A stretch of 63,394 nucleotides of DNA, counting the filler, from Octopus bimaculoides (taxonomy: Eukaryota), in NCBI RefSeq assembly GCF_001194135.2. It is 6 parts of 6 records of this genome, joined end to end, with 100 filler letters (N's around TTAATTAATTAA, not from the genome) between each part and the next. Parts side by side here need not be neighbours in the genome. Positions count along the whole stretch, not along the records: positions 1 to 29,810 come from NC_068991.1; 5 more parts are not named here. One strand, 5' to 3'. The notes under the pieces were generated by a model. It was given only the letters and a program-made list of their open reading frames with translations. It ran no database searches and was not told where the DNA came from. Below, in pieces: positions 13,901 through 24,092 of this stretch (position 1 is its first letter; each line of letters begins with the position of its first letter). Both the position numbers and the translations under genes were made by a program.

Positions 13901-14400
13901 AGACGACAATAATGATGATGATGATGAATATCTTTAAGTTCTTTGCATTGTTGTTTTTCTTTTTAGCACTGGATCCACGATTGGGAAACGTGAATGTCTA
14001 CGACAAGGAAAAGAAAGTGTTATATGGTATCTCCAATGATAAAGTCTCCTATATGTCAAGCACGGATGGATTATTTTGGAAATCCGTTGAACCAGCTACA
14101 GTCATCGATTTAATAAACGGATGCACGCTTCCAAAATGTATCAAAGTATTGACAGTTCCTTGGCGAAATGGCACCTATCTTGGTACAGATACAGTATTTA
14201 GCAGCTTCACAATGGAGAACTGGGGAGGTAAGAAAAAATAATTATAATTTGCAAAGGCCAAATGTGTGACGCTGTTACGTGGTTAGAAGAAGATGAAAAG
14301 AATGAGAGAGAAAGAAAAGAGTGTTAGCGGTGAGAGCTGGGAGAAAGGGATTGCTATTATGTTATGGAGTTAAATAGTGTGTGTGTGTGTGTGAGAGAGA

Positions 14401-14447
<47 letters not shown>

Positions 14448-15610
14448 AGAGAGAGTGGGGAGGGTGAGTGTATGTTTACTAAAAGGAATGTAGGAGTGGA
14501 AATGTTATGATAGTCAATACGTATATGCTCAAATCACATACTTAGAATAGTTATTTTGACTCTTTATGTTCTGAATACAAATCCCGTCGCGATTAACTTT
14601 ATCTTTCATCCTTTCAGCACTTACCAGTAAGTGCTTTGTTCGACTAATTCTCTGTCCTCAAAAACACTGGACATGTATTTAGATAAGAAACCATAATATT
14701 TAGAATACCTGCACAGAGGTCTGCGTAAAGTAACAGAAAGTGTATGGAGAGGAGTGTATGAGCCTCACACAAGTGTACGAGTGGTTTAGATGTTTCGAAA
14801 ATGGCCAAAAAATGTCGATTTTGACGAACGTTCTGGGAGATCCGCAACCAGTAGAATTGAGAAAAACATCGCAGATGTGTGTGCAGCTATGAGAGAAAAT
14901 CGTCGAATCACCATCCATGAATTATCAGAGGATGTGCAGATTAGTTACGGTTCGGTTCAGTCCTGGAGATTTGGGTATGAGACACGTGCCTGCCAAGTTT
15001 GTGCCAAAACTACTGTCAGCTGACCAAAAGGACACTTGGAATTCAGTAGTACAAGTTCTTGATTGTGATGAGAACGATGAAAACTTTTTGAAAACTTTGC
15101 GAAGCCCTCTGAGCAGGTACCACCAAGCTTTTGACAAAATTTGATGCAGATCCTCTGTTCAACTTTGTCATGGTCCATGCGACGATCATCTGCTACACAC
15201 GTTTCTCCCAAGCACTGCTGTAAACAGTGGAAGTGAGCTTGGATGTTAAAATTTAGTGTGCATGCACAGCAGAGGTCAAGGTCAATCCATGCCAAGCGGC
15301 TTTATTATGTGTACTTTAATTTTGTTACTATGGTAACAGAACACATACTTATTGATCAGGCTACGTACACTAGCAAAACTTTTGTTTTGATTTGTAATTA
15401 TTTTTGCTTACCTAAATACCTAAACCTGCAGGCGCAGATATGCTTGTGTGGTCAAGAAACTTGCTTTGTATTCACGCGTTTTGGGTTTAGCTGCATTGCG
15501 GGGCATCTTGGGTAACTGGCCGCTACTATAACCTGAGGTTGGCCAATGCCTTGTAAGTATGAATTTGTGAGACTGGGAATGTGGAAGTCTCTCTTGTTTA
15601 TATGTGTGTA

Positions 15611-15682
<72 letters not shown>

Positions 15683-16037
15683 TCTTTATATTTATGCGTG
15701 TTCGCCCAACACCACCACAGCTTGACAGCTAGTGTTGATTTGCCTACGTCCTATAACTTAGCAATTCAACCAAAATTGACCGATAGAACGTGTACCACAT
15801 TTAAAACTAAGTACTGAAGTCGAATTGCTAAATTACTCCTTCCAAACTGGTGGCCATGCTTGGCTACAATCCAGTGACTAAAATAAGTAAAAATACATAA
15901 ACGTCAGTGAAGTATGTTGATGCTTGCTTAACATAATGATTTTTTTTTTATATACTTCAGCATCATACAATGGACTTTTCAAGAAGAATAACGGTGCCTG
16001 GGAGTATAAAGCAGACTGGTCAAACTGTGGCCCTTAA
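1975..16037 (+). CDS. Gene 1 (5'-incomplete): uncharacterised multi-exon protein with an F5/8 type C (discoidin) domain and a C-terminal SxDGxxW-motif module. Exons 1975-2188, 3516-3593, 4454-4635, 5374-5527, 6930-6968, 9228-9294, 11283-11332, 13967-14227, 15961-16037.
   Basis: Nine exons with canonical AG/GT sites and polypyrimidine tracts join in phase (0-1,1-1,1-0,0-1,1-1,1-2,2-1,1-1,1-stop) into 1122 nt = 373 aa + TAA with no internal stop. Discoidin hallmarks: YLQIYFG...[15 protein letters not shown]...[10 protein letters not shown]...LKLELFGC. Confidence 0.9.
2330..2790 (-). mobile_element. Old LINE C-terminal remnant (RTE/L2-like)
   Basis: Degenerate HVTR...PGRG(RP) pattern on the - strand with several stops. 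Confidence 0.35.
3516..3593 (+). CDS. Gene 1 exon b ([26 protein letters not shown])
   Basis: ttttttttctcgtag|AT ... GGAG|gtaaac; 78 nt, phase 1-1, open. Confidence 0.85.
4454..4635 (+). CDS. Gene 1 exon c, discoidin core (VFQAFIRS...YLQIYFG...[14 protein letters not shown])
   Basis: ctccttttttag|TC ... ATG|gtaatt; 182 nt; F5/8C motif LQIxFG and YSDDGxSW. Confidence 0.92.
5374..5527 (+). CDS. Gene 1 exon d, discoidin C-terminal half (ITVDHLY...[13 protein letters not shown]...[15 protein letters not shown])
   Basis: ttttctctactag|ATC ... ACAA|gtgagt; 154 nt; P..SRYLR and LELFGC motifs. Confidence 0.92.
5985..6150 (+). mobile_element. Penelope-type terminal-repeat fragment; same family at ~7190-7345 (+), ~24095-24235 (+) and ~23940-23992 (-)
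   Basis: Near-identical ~150-bp copies (ttcgaaatttccccaagacacctgatgaagg...aatgtaaataatgtacataattcctcatctc) carrying the hammerhead motif. Confidence 0.65.
6017..6062 (+). ncRNA. Minimal type I hammerhead ribozyme motif within a Penelope-type terminal repeat (copy 1, intact)
   Basis: GACAC-CTGATGA-A-GGCTG(10-nt loop)CAGCC-GAAA-CGTT-GTGTT. Stem I GACAC/GTGTT, stem II GGCTG/CAGCC, palindromic AACGTT in place of stem III. Confidence 0.7.
6930..6968 (+). CDS. Gene 1 micro-exon e ([13 protein letters not shown])
   Basis: ttttcttttgaacag|AT ... ACCG|gtatgt; 39 nt, symmetric phase 1-1. Confidence 0.75.
7240..7285 (+). ncRNA. Minimal hammerhead ribozyme motif (copy 2, slightly degenerate)
   Basis: GACAG-CTGAAGA-A-GGCTG...CAGTC-GAAA-CGTT-GTGTT. 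G.G mismatch at the stem I closing pair and a G.U in stem II. Confidence 0.55.
7930..8768 (+). mobile_element. Tc1/mariner maT-type (DD37D) transposon, internally deleted
   Basis: 23-bp imperfect TIRs CAGGGTGCGATGGGCAAATTGTC / GACAATTTATTCATTGCACCCTG with TA on both sides. Remnant Q(G)[18 protein letters not shown]...[16 protein letters not shown] gives 37 aa between the 2nd and 3rd catalytic positions. Confidence 0.9.
9228..9294 (+). CDS. Gene 1 exon f ([22 protein letters not shown])
   Basis: gttacttttcccag|GA ... AGAA|gtatga; 67 nt, phase 1-2. Confidence 0.85.
11283..11332 (+). CDS. Gene 1 exon g ([17 protein letters not shown])
   Basis: ttctactcctattcag|A ... TATC|gtaagt; 50 nt, phase 2-1; bridges exons f and h in frame. 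Confidence 0.88.
11400..11990 (-). mobile_element. R4/Dong RT C-terminal fragment
   Basis: KYLGILE...[36 protein letters not shown]. Confidence 0.85.
12000..13700 (-). mobile_element. R4/Dong 5'-truncated copy (RT end, CCHC knuckle, RLE, 3' UTR), frameshifted
   Basis: [17 protein letters not shown]; [14 protein letters not shown]; [18 protein letters not shown]...YKRRHDNV; ...[18 protein letters not shown]. Confidence 0.9.
13967..14227 (+). CDS. Gene 1 exon h ([21 protein letters not shown]...[10 protein letters not shown]...MENWG)
   Basis: gtttttctttttag|CA ... GGAG|gtaaga; 261 nt; lies in ORF 13759-14241. Confidence 0.92.
14703..15367. mobile_element. Rearranged mariner fragment: HTH region on + (14703-~15100), terminus and N-terminus inverted on - (~15100-15365)
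   Basis: + strand: [40 protein letters not shown]. - strand: [14 protein letters not shown] mariner-like end TA-CGTAGCCTGATCAATAAGTAT reads on - from 15367. Confidence 0.85.
15961..16037 (+). CDS. Gene 1 terminal exon ([25 protein letters not shown])
   Basis: ttttttttatatacttcag|CA; open to TAA at 16035-16037; AATAAA at 16295-16300 is a candidate polyA signal. Confidence 0.85.
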
Positions 16038-17399
16038 GATGCAGCACACACATACACATACACACACACGTATATATGTATATATATGCACTTATATAAA
16101 ACATTTAATATATTTCTTGTGACTATTTAGCCATTTTATGATCTTCACCAACTTACCAGACTCACACACACATATAATAATATAGACACCAGCTTGCTTG
16201 TCTCCTTATTTACACACCTGAAAGATAAAAGATAACTAACAGTTCTGTATTATTTCCATCTCTATTTACCTTGAAAATACCAAAAGCTACCAGAAATAAA
16301 ATGATGTAAAGACAAAAAAGAAATAGCATAATCTCACTTGTTTGCTTTTCAATTCCTTTAATTATTTTTGTTTTAAAAAGCAAAATAATTGTTTCAATTT
16401 TTATTGAGCCCCTTATATATATATATATATCTTGTTTTCTTTTCATTCTATGTAAATAATATTAGTAAATAATAAATATGACAATAATATACTAAGTTTA
16501 TAAGTTCATGGCCTAAATTATTTTTTCTTTTTATCCTTTATTCAATTTTTTATGTTTTTGCTTTGTTTATTAATTTCCAGCTTTCAGTCATTGGACTTCC
16601 TATATTTTGGTGAAATACCATTAAAGAATCTAAGACATTTATACTATTTCTGGTTCTTTTATTGGCTTTGTCATGTATTGAACTGAGATTGAAGGTATGT
16701 GACTGCGACAGAACCACATGGTACTTTTGTTTAACAGTAATTCTGCTATCATTCTCTATAATCCATATGTGATGTATGTGGTCAACTGGACACCCTGTCA
16801 CCAGTATTTTAATCTCTTCCCAGTGCTACAATGGTCACCCTAGCATGTCTTTTAAAATGTGATTTGCAACAGAGTTCTTCAATGGCAAGAGACTTTATCT
16901 GCTCCGGTTCCTTTTCTCATATTGTAACATCTCATTTCCCAGAATAAAGTCATCTGTCATGGGGCTCAAATCCTTCCAAGCTACATGATGTCCTCACTGG
17001 TGCTAGTTACATGAAAAGCACCCAAATTTCATTGTAAAGTGGTCGGTTTTAGGAATGGTATCCAACTGTAAAAACCGTGCAGAAGTAGAAAGTGGAGTAT
17101 AAAGCAGTCTTTGGATTGTTGGATTTTGTCAAACCATCCAACCCATGCCGGCATGGAATGTGGATAGTGATGATGATGATGATGATGATACACACACACA
17201 ATCAATAAAAAAGACATAGAGTTTTATACATCTTGACCGTCATTGTTGGGTAGATGTCAGATGATTAGAGGTTTTGAAGCTGTGACATTGCTCCACATGC
17301 CGCTTTCCTTCTATGATGTCACAGTTTGAGTTGTGAGAAGGGTCAATTACAGTCGATCCAAGGTAAATGAATTTATCAAACCTGGATAGTTCCCTGACA

Positions 17400-17720
17400 C
17401 GTGTGACAAGGTTCTCTTAACAAGTATTCTGCCTAGTGAATGGAGGTCATCAATCATAGTATCATTCCCCAAGAAAGGTGATCTACAACAGATGTCCAAC
17501 TTCCGGTAATGAGTCTCATGAATCTCTGTTAAATCGCATATGTGCAAAGATAGATAAAGAGATATGTCTACCAGAGTGTCTTTAGAAAGAACTGTAGTTG
17601 CATTGAACAAATTCACATAATCTAATACAATACATGGATTAGGCAAACAGAATGTTCAAAAAGGTTTTATTAATCTGTCTGGGAAATGGATTCACAGCAT
17701 ATTATGCTTGTTAATTAGTC
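17400..17720 (+). mobile_element. RTE-clade LINE RT remnant (may extend to ~18300)
   Basis: CDKVLLTSILPSEWRSSIIVSFPKKGDLQQMSNFR*. Confidence 0.65.
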
Positions 17721-18988
17721 CGTATTTACATCTTAGAATCTCAAGTGCCTCCACGCAACATAAGTTACAACTGCCACCCCACCTTATACGGAAGTACTGT
17801 AAAAATAATTCATCATGAACTAATCAATATTTCTATCTTTCAAATCCTAATTAAGTTTTGCTAATCAAGAATTACATAATTTGTGCCCGTTATTAAAAAG
17901 AATGTACCTGGTTCCTCCACCTCAACTCAATTTTGATGCCGTACTACTGAAATAGTAGCAAACCTTATCGAGTGTATGGTCTGAACGTTTCGACATTATA
18001 TTTTCTCTGGAGGCACTGGTCACCTAAAGGCTATCCCTACAGTTACATATACTATCAGATTTACTAAGTGACCAAGAATGATTAAATTATTATTGTCAGA
18101 GCCACTGTTATGAAAGGGTACACAATCAATAGTAATGTTCCTGTTAGATCGAGGTGTGTTATAAAAAAAAAAGAATAGGAAAATTGCTTGTATAATTAGA
18201 ATAGCACAATATTTTGAATTGTGTAATATCGTATCATTAAAAGTGACAATATCATTGGCCAAATTAGGTGTGGTGAAATGTGAAAATTTACAATATCGAC
18301 TTGCAGCAAGAAATATTTAATGGAAACCTCCTGGATTTGCAGTTTGTGTGGAATATTTTCCTTTCCATGTATGTTGCCAGCCAGGATTCACAGGAGTGCT
18401 GATTGAGGAATCTGGGTGTATTCCATGTGTGCACACACACATGATATGTTCGTCAATGAGGATTCAGTTGTTTGATCCAGTGAATTCAAGTGTAAGCAGT
18501 TGAACATTCCAGCCATGTGGAACTGTAACATAATTCTTAAGCAGAACCAGCAGAACCGGATCAGAAAAATTGTTTGAAAAGAATTGTTCGAAAACAGTTA
18601 TTCGACATAAATATCATTTGTGTACCTGATATTTAATTTTATCATTTTTGTTTAAATAAAATAAAAAAATTTAGAATAAATAACATGTATAATTGTACTT
18701 TTGAGTAATTTTCATTCATACAATTTTCCATTCGAAGAAATGTCTTTCGAACAATGTTCACATTATCAGCATAACACTGTGTGGCCATGCTTCATCTTTT
18801 GAATTACTAATACAATCTACCTAATGGGCTTCTATATAGTTTCTACCAATCCATTTTCACTCATAAGATATGGGTTCAACCGGAGTTGTAAATATGTCAT
18901 TTGCTCAAAATGTCAAACAGGGTAATTGAACCCCATACCTTGTAGGTAACAAACTTAACCATTCACCTGTACTGCACCTATACAAAGT

Positions 18989-19062
<74 letters not shown>

Positions 19063-21263
19063 CATGCAATCATATTTAATACGTCTGTGCAGAAGAGAAT
19101 GAGGACAAAAGGCCTTTGCTATAGAATTTGTCTCATGATATTAAATTCTTCTCATGGACAATATCTGAAAACATAGATATTGTCCATGAATGACATTATT
19201 GTAACAAATGGCCCATGCATTTCTGCATCATGTGCTTCATCAGCAGTGAATACCGAATCCGTTGTTCATACACCAGGAAGAAAAGCCATTTGTATCTCTA
19301 AACAACAGATAATACATTTGCTGAAATGTGCAAAGCTTGATCAAGCTGGAACCAGATGCACGTGAAGTAGTGTTGATGAAAACAAAGATGTGGACAATTA
19401 CAATTAACAACTTCCAATAAACTCAGACATGGAAAGACCTTCCACATCTAAGTTTATATATATAAAGCAAATACACACATACAGACACCATTCATACACA
19501 AACTGTTTCTGTCTACCAAATTTTGCTCACAAATCTTCGACCCATCTGAGACATTTGTGCATAATACAGCATAACAAGATTTAACTAGGGAACACGTCAT
19601 TGCAAAGCTAACTTTTTTTTTACAACAGGTCAATTGTTACTCCAGCCACCTTGTGCTGTGTGGACAATACTGGACTGACTTGGTACCTCAACTTAAGTAC
19701 CTAATTCAACTGAACCTTAATTATTTCTTATATATATATTGTAGTACTCCATTGGTTACAATGACGAGGGTTCCAGTTGATCCGATCAATGGAACAGCCT
19801 GCTCGTGAAATTAACATGCAAGTGGCTGAGCACTCCACAGACATGTGTACCCTTAAAGTAGTTCTTGGGGAGATCCAGCTGACCCTTTGAAATACAGGAA
19901 CAACAGAAACTGCAAGAATGTGTGAGAGAAAGTTGTGGTGAAAGAATACAGCAGGGTTTGCCACCACCCCTTGCCATAACCTCGTGGAACTTTTAGGTGT
20001 TTTCGTTCAATAAACATTCACAACGACCGGTCTGGGAATCGAAACCGTGAGTCTACTGCCCTAACCGCTGGGCCATTGCACCTCAACAATATACATATAC
20101 ATATATCGGTTAAAGTAGTGATGAAAGCAAGCAATTAGTCAAAATAAGACTATGGTATTTAAATTCATTTAATTCAATCTGCTTTGACTAATTGTTTACC
20201 TTTCTTCATGACCTTAACTGATACCTACTGGCTTCAAGGTAAGCCACCAACTGCTAGTTTTTTTCTGAACAAGACTTTCACACAACTACAACTTCATCTG
20301 TTGTTTGAACTGGGATTTTGGTGAATTGCCTATTGGCGCACTCAGAATGGATACCTGTTAGTTTAAGTTATCTTGACGGGAAATCCTCATATCTCGTGTA
20401 TATATATATATATATATAAAAAAATCTACAGATATGTATACAGTATATAAATATATGCTTTGGTGGAAGATGAAGAAAGTAAAAAGACTTTCAAGTTTTA
20501 ACAATTTTGATTTTTAATACTTTATTTGCAGTGTTGGGGGATGAGGGGAGACAAAAGAGTCAATTGTCTCTTCAGGGTCTCCTTTCTCTTCAGGAGAGAT
20601 TAACTCTCCACATCTGATGGAAAAAGAATTTACACAGGAAATTCCAGGTACATATGTATGTATGTATGTGTGCATGTGTGTATATATAATATATGTATAT
20701 ATATATATATATATTATATTTGGGTTGAAACAATATGTTTGGGATAATCCAAGAAAAAAAATATAATAGAAATGCAAGAATGCAAGGATTAGTACATGGG
20801 TGTAATGGGGGGTGGGAGTGAAATATATACTTCAAGTGGACTTAGTTATGATAGAATGGGTTATTGATGTTCGGACCAAAGAATATAGAGTCAGCATGAT
20901 TCAAGAAGTAAGGAGAGACTGTTATCTCTGTAGCAGGAAAGAGGGACAGAGAGAGTTCCAGAGTTCCAGAGTTGTACAATGGGGCTGCGAGGAATTACCG
21001 AGTCAGGTGGAGGAGGATATTTTTTGCTGAATGCTAACCAAATTGAGTATACAGGTCAGTGAGTATTCATGTGTGCATGACTCACTGACCACTTGTGTGA
21101 GTATCCATGTGTGTGAGTGTGTGTGTATTTGCATACTTGTAGTAAATAGTCTTCCAGGTATTTGAAGTGTTGTGTATTTTCACTTTGCAAAGGGTTAATC
21201 ATCACTTAACGATAAAATGGAGTGGAGGGGGATCTGGTGAAAGACAAAGAGGGAGATAACCAA

Positions 21264-21294
<31 letters not shown>

Positions 21295-21336
21295 GGTGAT
21301 AGCAAAACAAGGAAGATGGTGGAAGAGAGAGAAGGG

Positions 21337-21369
<33 letters not shown>

Positions 21370-21411
21370 GGGAGCAAATTTCACTGAAGACTGATTTACA
21401 GTGGAAACTTG

Positions 21412-21567
21412 TCACCTGGTGCGTACAACCAACCAACAAACTCCAAAAACAAATAATGTGAAGAGGAAGAGGTAAAGCCATATTTTCCAGTGTCCTTCTT
21501 TGGTAATTCCTTTTAAACGATGCATAGTTTTCTGTAGAAGACCTGTTGATCCTTCAAAATCTGAATC
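21412..21567 (-). CDS. BET1: BET1 exon 4 with transmembrane anchor and stop
   Basis: ctttccatctag|GAT TCA GAT TTT ... ACC AGG TGA; 156 nt. A minus-strand AATAAA near 20521-20526 is a candidate polyA signal. Confidence 0.95.
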   Translation of the reverse strand, partial: DSDFEGSTGLLQKTMHRLKGITKEGHWKIWLYLFLFTLFVFGVCWLVVRTR

Positions 21568-24010
21568 CTAGATGGAAAGAAAAACTGGAGTAAAATACTG
21601 AAAGGAACATGGGGTTAGAAAATAACTATTTTTAAATATCACAACGGAGGATATTCAGCAACAATACTTTGGAGTAAAGATTGTTTGCCAACATAACATG
21701 GCCGAACAATTATTCTGTGCTGATGAAGGGAAATTACCTGGAAATCACAATACACAGATATTGTTTTGAGCTGAGTGGGGGTGCTAGATTCCCTTGTTCG
21801 AAAATATAAGGACACACATCGTGTCATATAGCCAGCTGGAGATGATGTCTCCTGGGGCTAAATTACAGCAACATTAGTCCTAAACCAGGACTGCCATGTT
21901 ATGTTGGCAAATAATCTTTACTCCAAACATGTGGTTGATTTCAAATGCTTGAACAAGGTTACAAAACACATGTAGAGAAAGGGGCACAGTTGATTGGTAC
22001 ATATGTTATTGACTAATTGCAAATGGCACCTGTGCCGGTGGCACATAAAAGCTGTGCATTGTGTTCATGAGCAACAAACTTTATTTTCATGTTGCACCAG
22101 TTTAGTCAGCTGTAGAAATGAGCTGTGACATCACTGGTGCCAAGCTGTATCGGCCCCTTTTGCCTTTCCTTTGAACAACATCAGTGCCTTGGCAACGGCA
22201 GACTGTTATGCTGGGGCAACTGTTGGTCTGGAGGGGAACTTTCTAAGTGCAATCGCATGGTCATTCATGGCCAAAGGAGGCCTTCACTCTTTCAGTATTT
22301 TTGTTTCGTAGAACAGTGCAGTTTACTAGACTGGCACTAAACTCCCGATTGTAAAGTATCAAGCAGGTAAGACTCCACAGTGTGTCTCTCGAAGAAATTA
22401 GTTCAGCTCAGCACTGTTCATTTGACATTTCTAGTGTTGTCTGTTTAACTCCAAGTCAAACTTGATCAAGCCCAAAACTATGATGAAGGCCATGACAACC
22501 AACAGCATCCTCATTTTTCATGACAACCAACAGCATCCTCTTTTTTCAGACTGAATATGTAAGAAAATTCAATGTTTTTACACAATGAACATTTAGATTT
22601 AATAGAAACTTGTTCAATTTTACTGGGGGTGGGGGAGAAAACCTCCGAAGAAACAGCTTACCATTTGATCCAGAAATGTGTTCTGTGTCCGTATTTCTGT
22701 ACCTATATCAATGCTGAGCTGCAAATATAAAAAGTTAAAGAATATCATCATCGTTTAATGTCTGCCTTTCATGATGGAATTGGTTACAACAAGAAATTGC
22801 TAACTTGAATAATTGCTTGTTAACTCACATTCATATTTATTCTTTTCTACTTTAGGCACAAGGCCTGAAATTTTGGGGAAGGCAGGGCAGTCGATTAGAT
22901 TGACCCCAGTATGCAAATGGTACTTAATCTATCGACTCTGATAGGATGAAAGGCAAAATCGACCTCGGTGGAATTTGAACTCAGAATGTAAAACAGATGG
23001 AATACTGCTAAGCATTTCGCCTGCCATGCTAATGATTCTGCCGGCTTGCTGCCTTCACATTCATGTTTATTGTGAAAGAACTAAGACCAGGTAAAGAATA
23101 CTCATTAGTAATGGCAGTTGACCAGGCAACCCCTCTGGTGCTGGTTTGGTCTCTGTCATTTCTTTTTATGAAACACACTTTCCTATACACACATAGGTAG
23201 AACAGAATTTGTTGAGATAGATTTCTTTACAACTGGATGCCCTTTCTGTCAAAATTTCTCAATTGTTTCTAAGTTAGGAACAATATTTTCCCGTGGGTTG
23301 ACATGTTTTCATGGAAGATTGGAATTGAAGGACACCACCCGTGTGATGGCGACACACATTTAAAACTATTATATGATGTCAGGACAAGGAGAAACTAACA
23401 CATACACACGCACAGACAGACACACACACATAATAGGGTTCTTTTAGTTTCTTTCTACCAAATCCACTCACAATGCTTTGGTTGGCCCAAGGCTAGAATA
23501 GAAGGCATTTGCTCAAGGTGCCACGCAATGGGACTGAACCTGGAACCATGTGGTTGTGAAACAAATGTCTTAACCTCACAGCCATGCTCGTCCCTGAATA
23601 GTACTAAAGACTCAATTTTCAATTACTATCCTCTCTATGGGGTTGAGTATAATAATTTCCTATGAAATCACAGGCTTCTTGACATTTTGTGCTCAAATAA
23701 GAAACCTGAAGTGAAAGGACCAGTTAAGACAGAGTTATCTCTCTTAGATGTTGTCTTAAGAAAATATGGAAATAAGAATTTCCAAAGCTAGAAAGGAACC
23801 ATTGATGTTGATTTCTTTCACTTTTATATCTTCAGACCTGTAACGTGAATGCAGTTGATCTGCAAGTTGAAGACTGCAGGAATAAAACATGGACAGAAAA
23901 GTAATCCCAGAAGGTTGGTACTCTATAAGAGGAAGGATTAGTACAGTTCTATATTTAAGAGATGAGGAATTATGTACATTATTTACATTTGAAGGATATT
24001 CAGTGACCTC

Positions 24011-24092
<82 letters not shown>

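Noticed and set aside
21206-21481. ORF with an apparent signal peptide (MALPLPLHIICFWSLLVG...) and a phase-compatible chain of small downstream 'exons' (~21136-21203, ~20999-21033, ~20523-20612)
   Set aside because: The ATG and hydrophobic stretch are an alternative frame of the BET1 transmembrane exon. The downstream pieces have mostly weak splice sites and no recognisable homology, so they are probably BET1 3' UTR.
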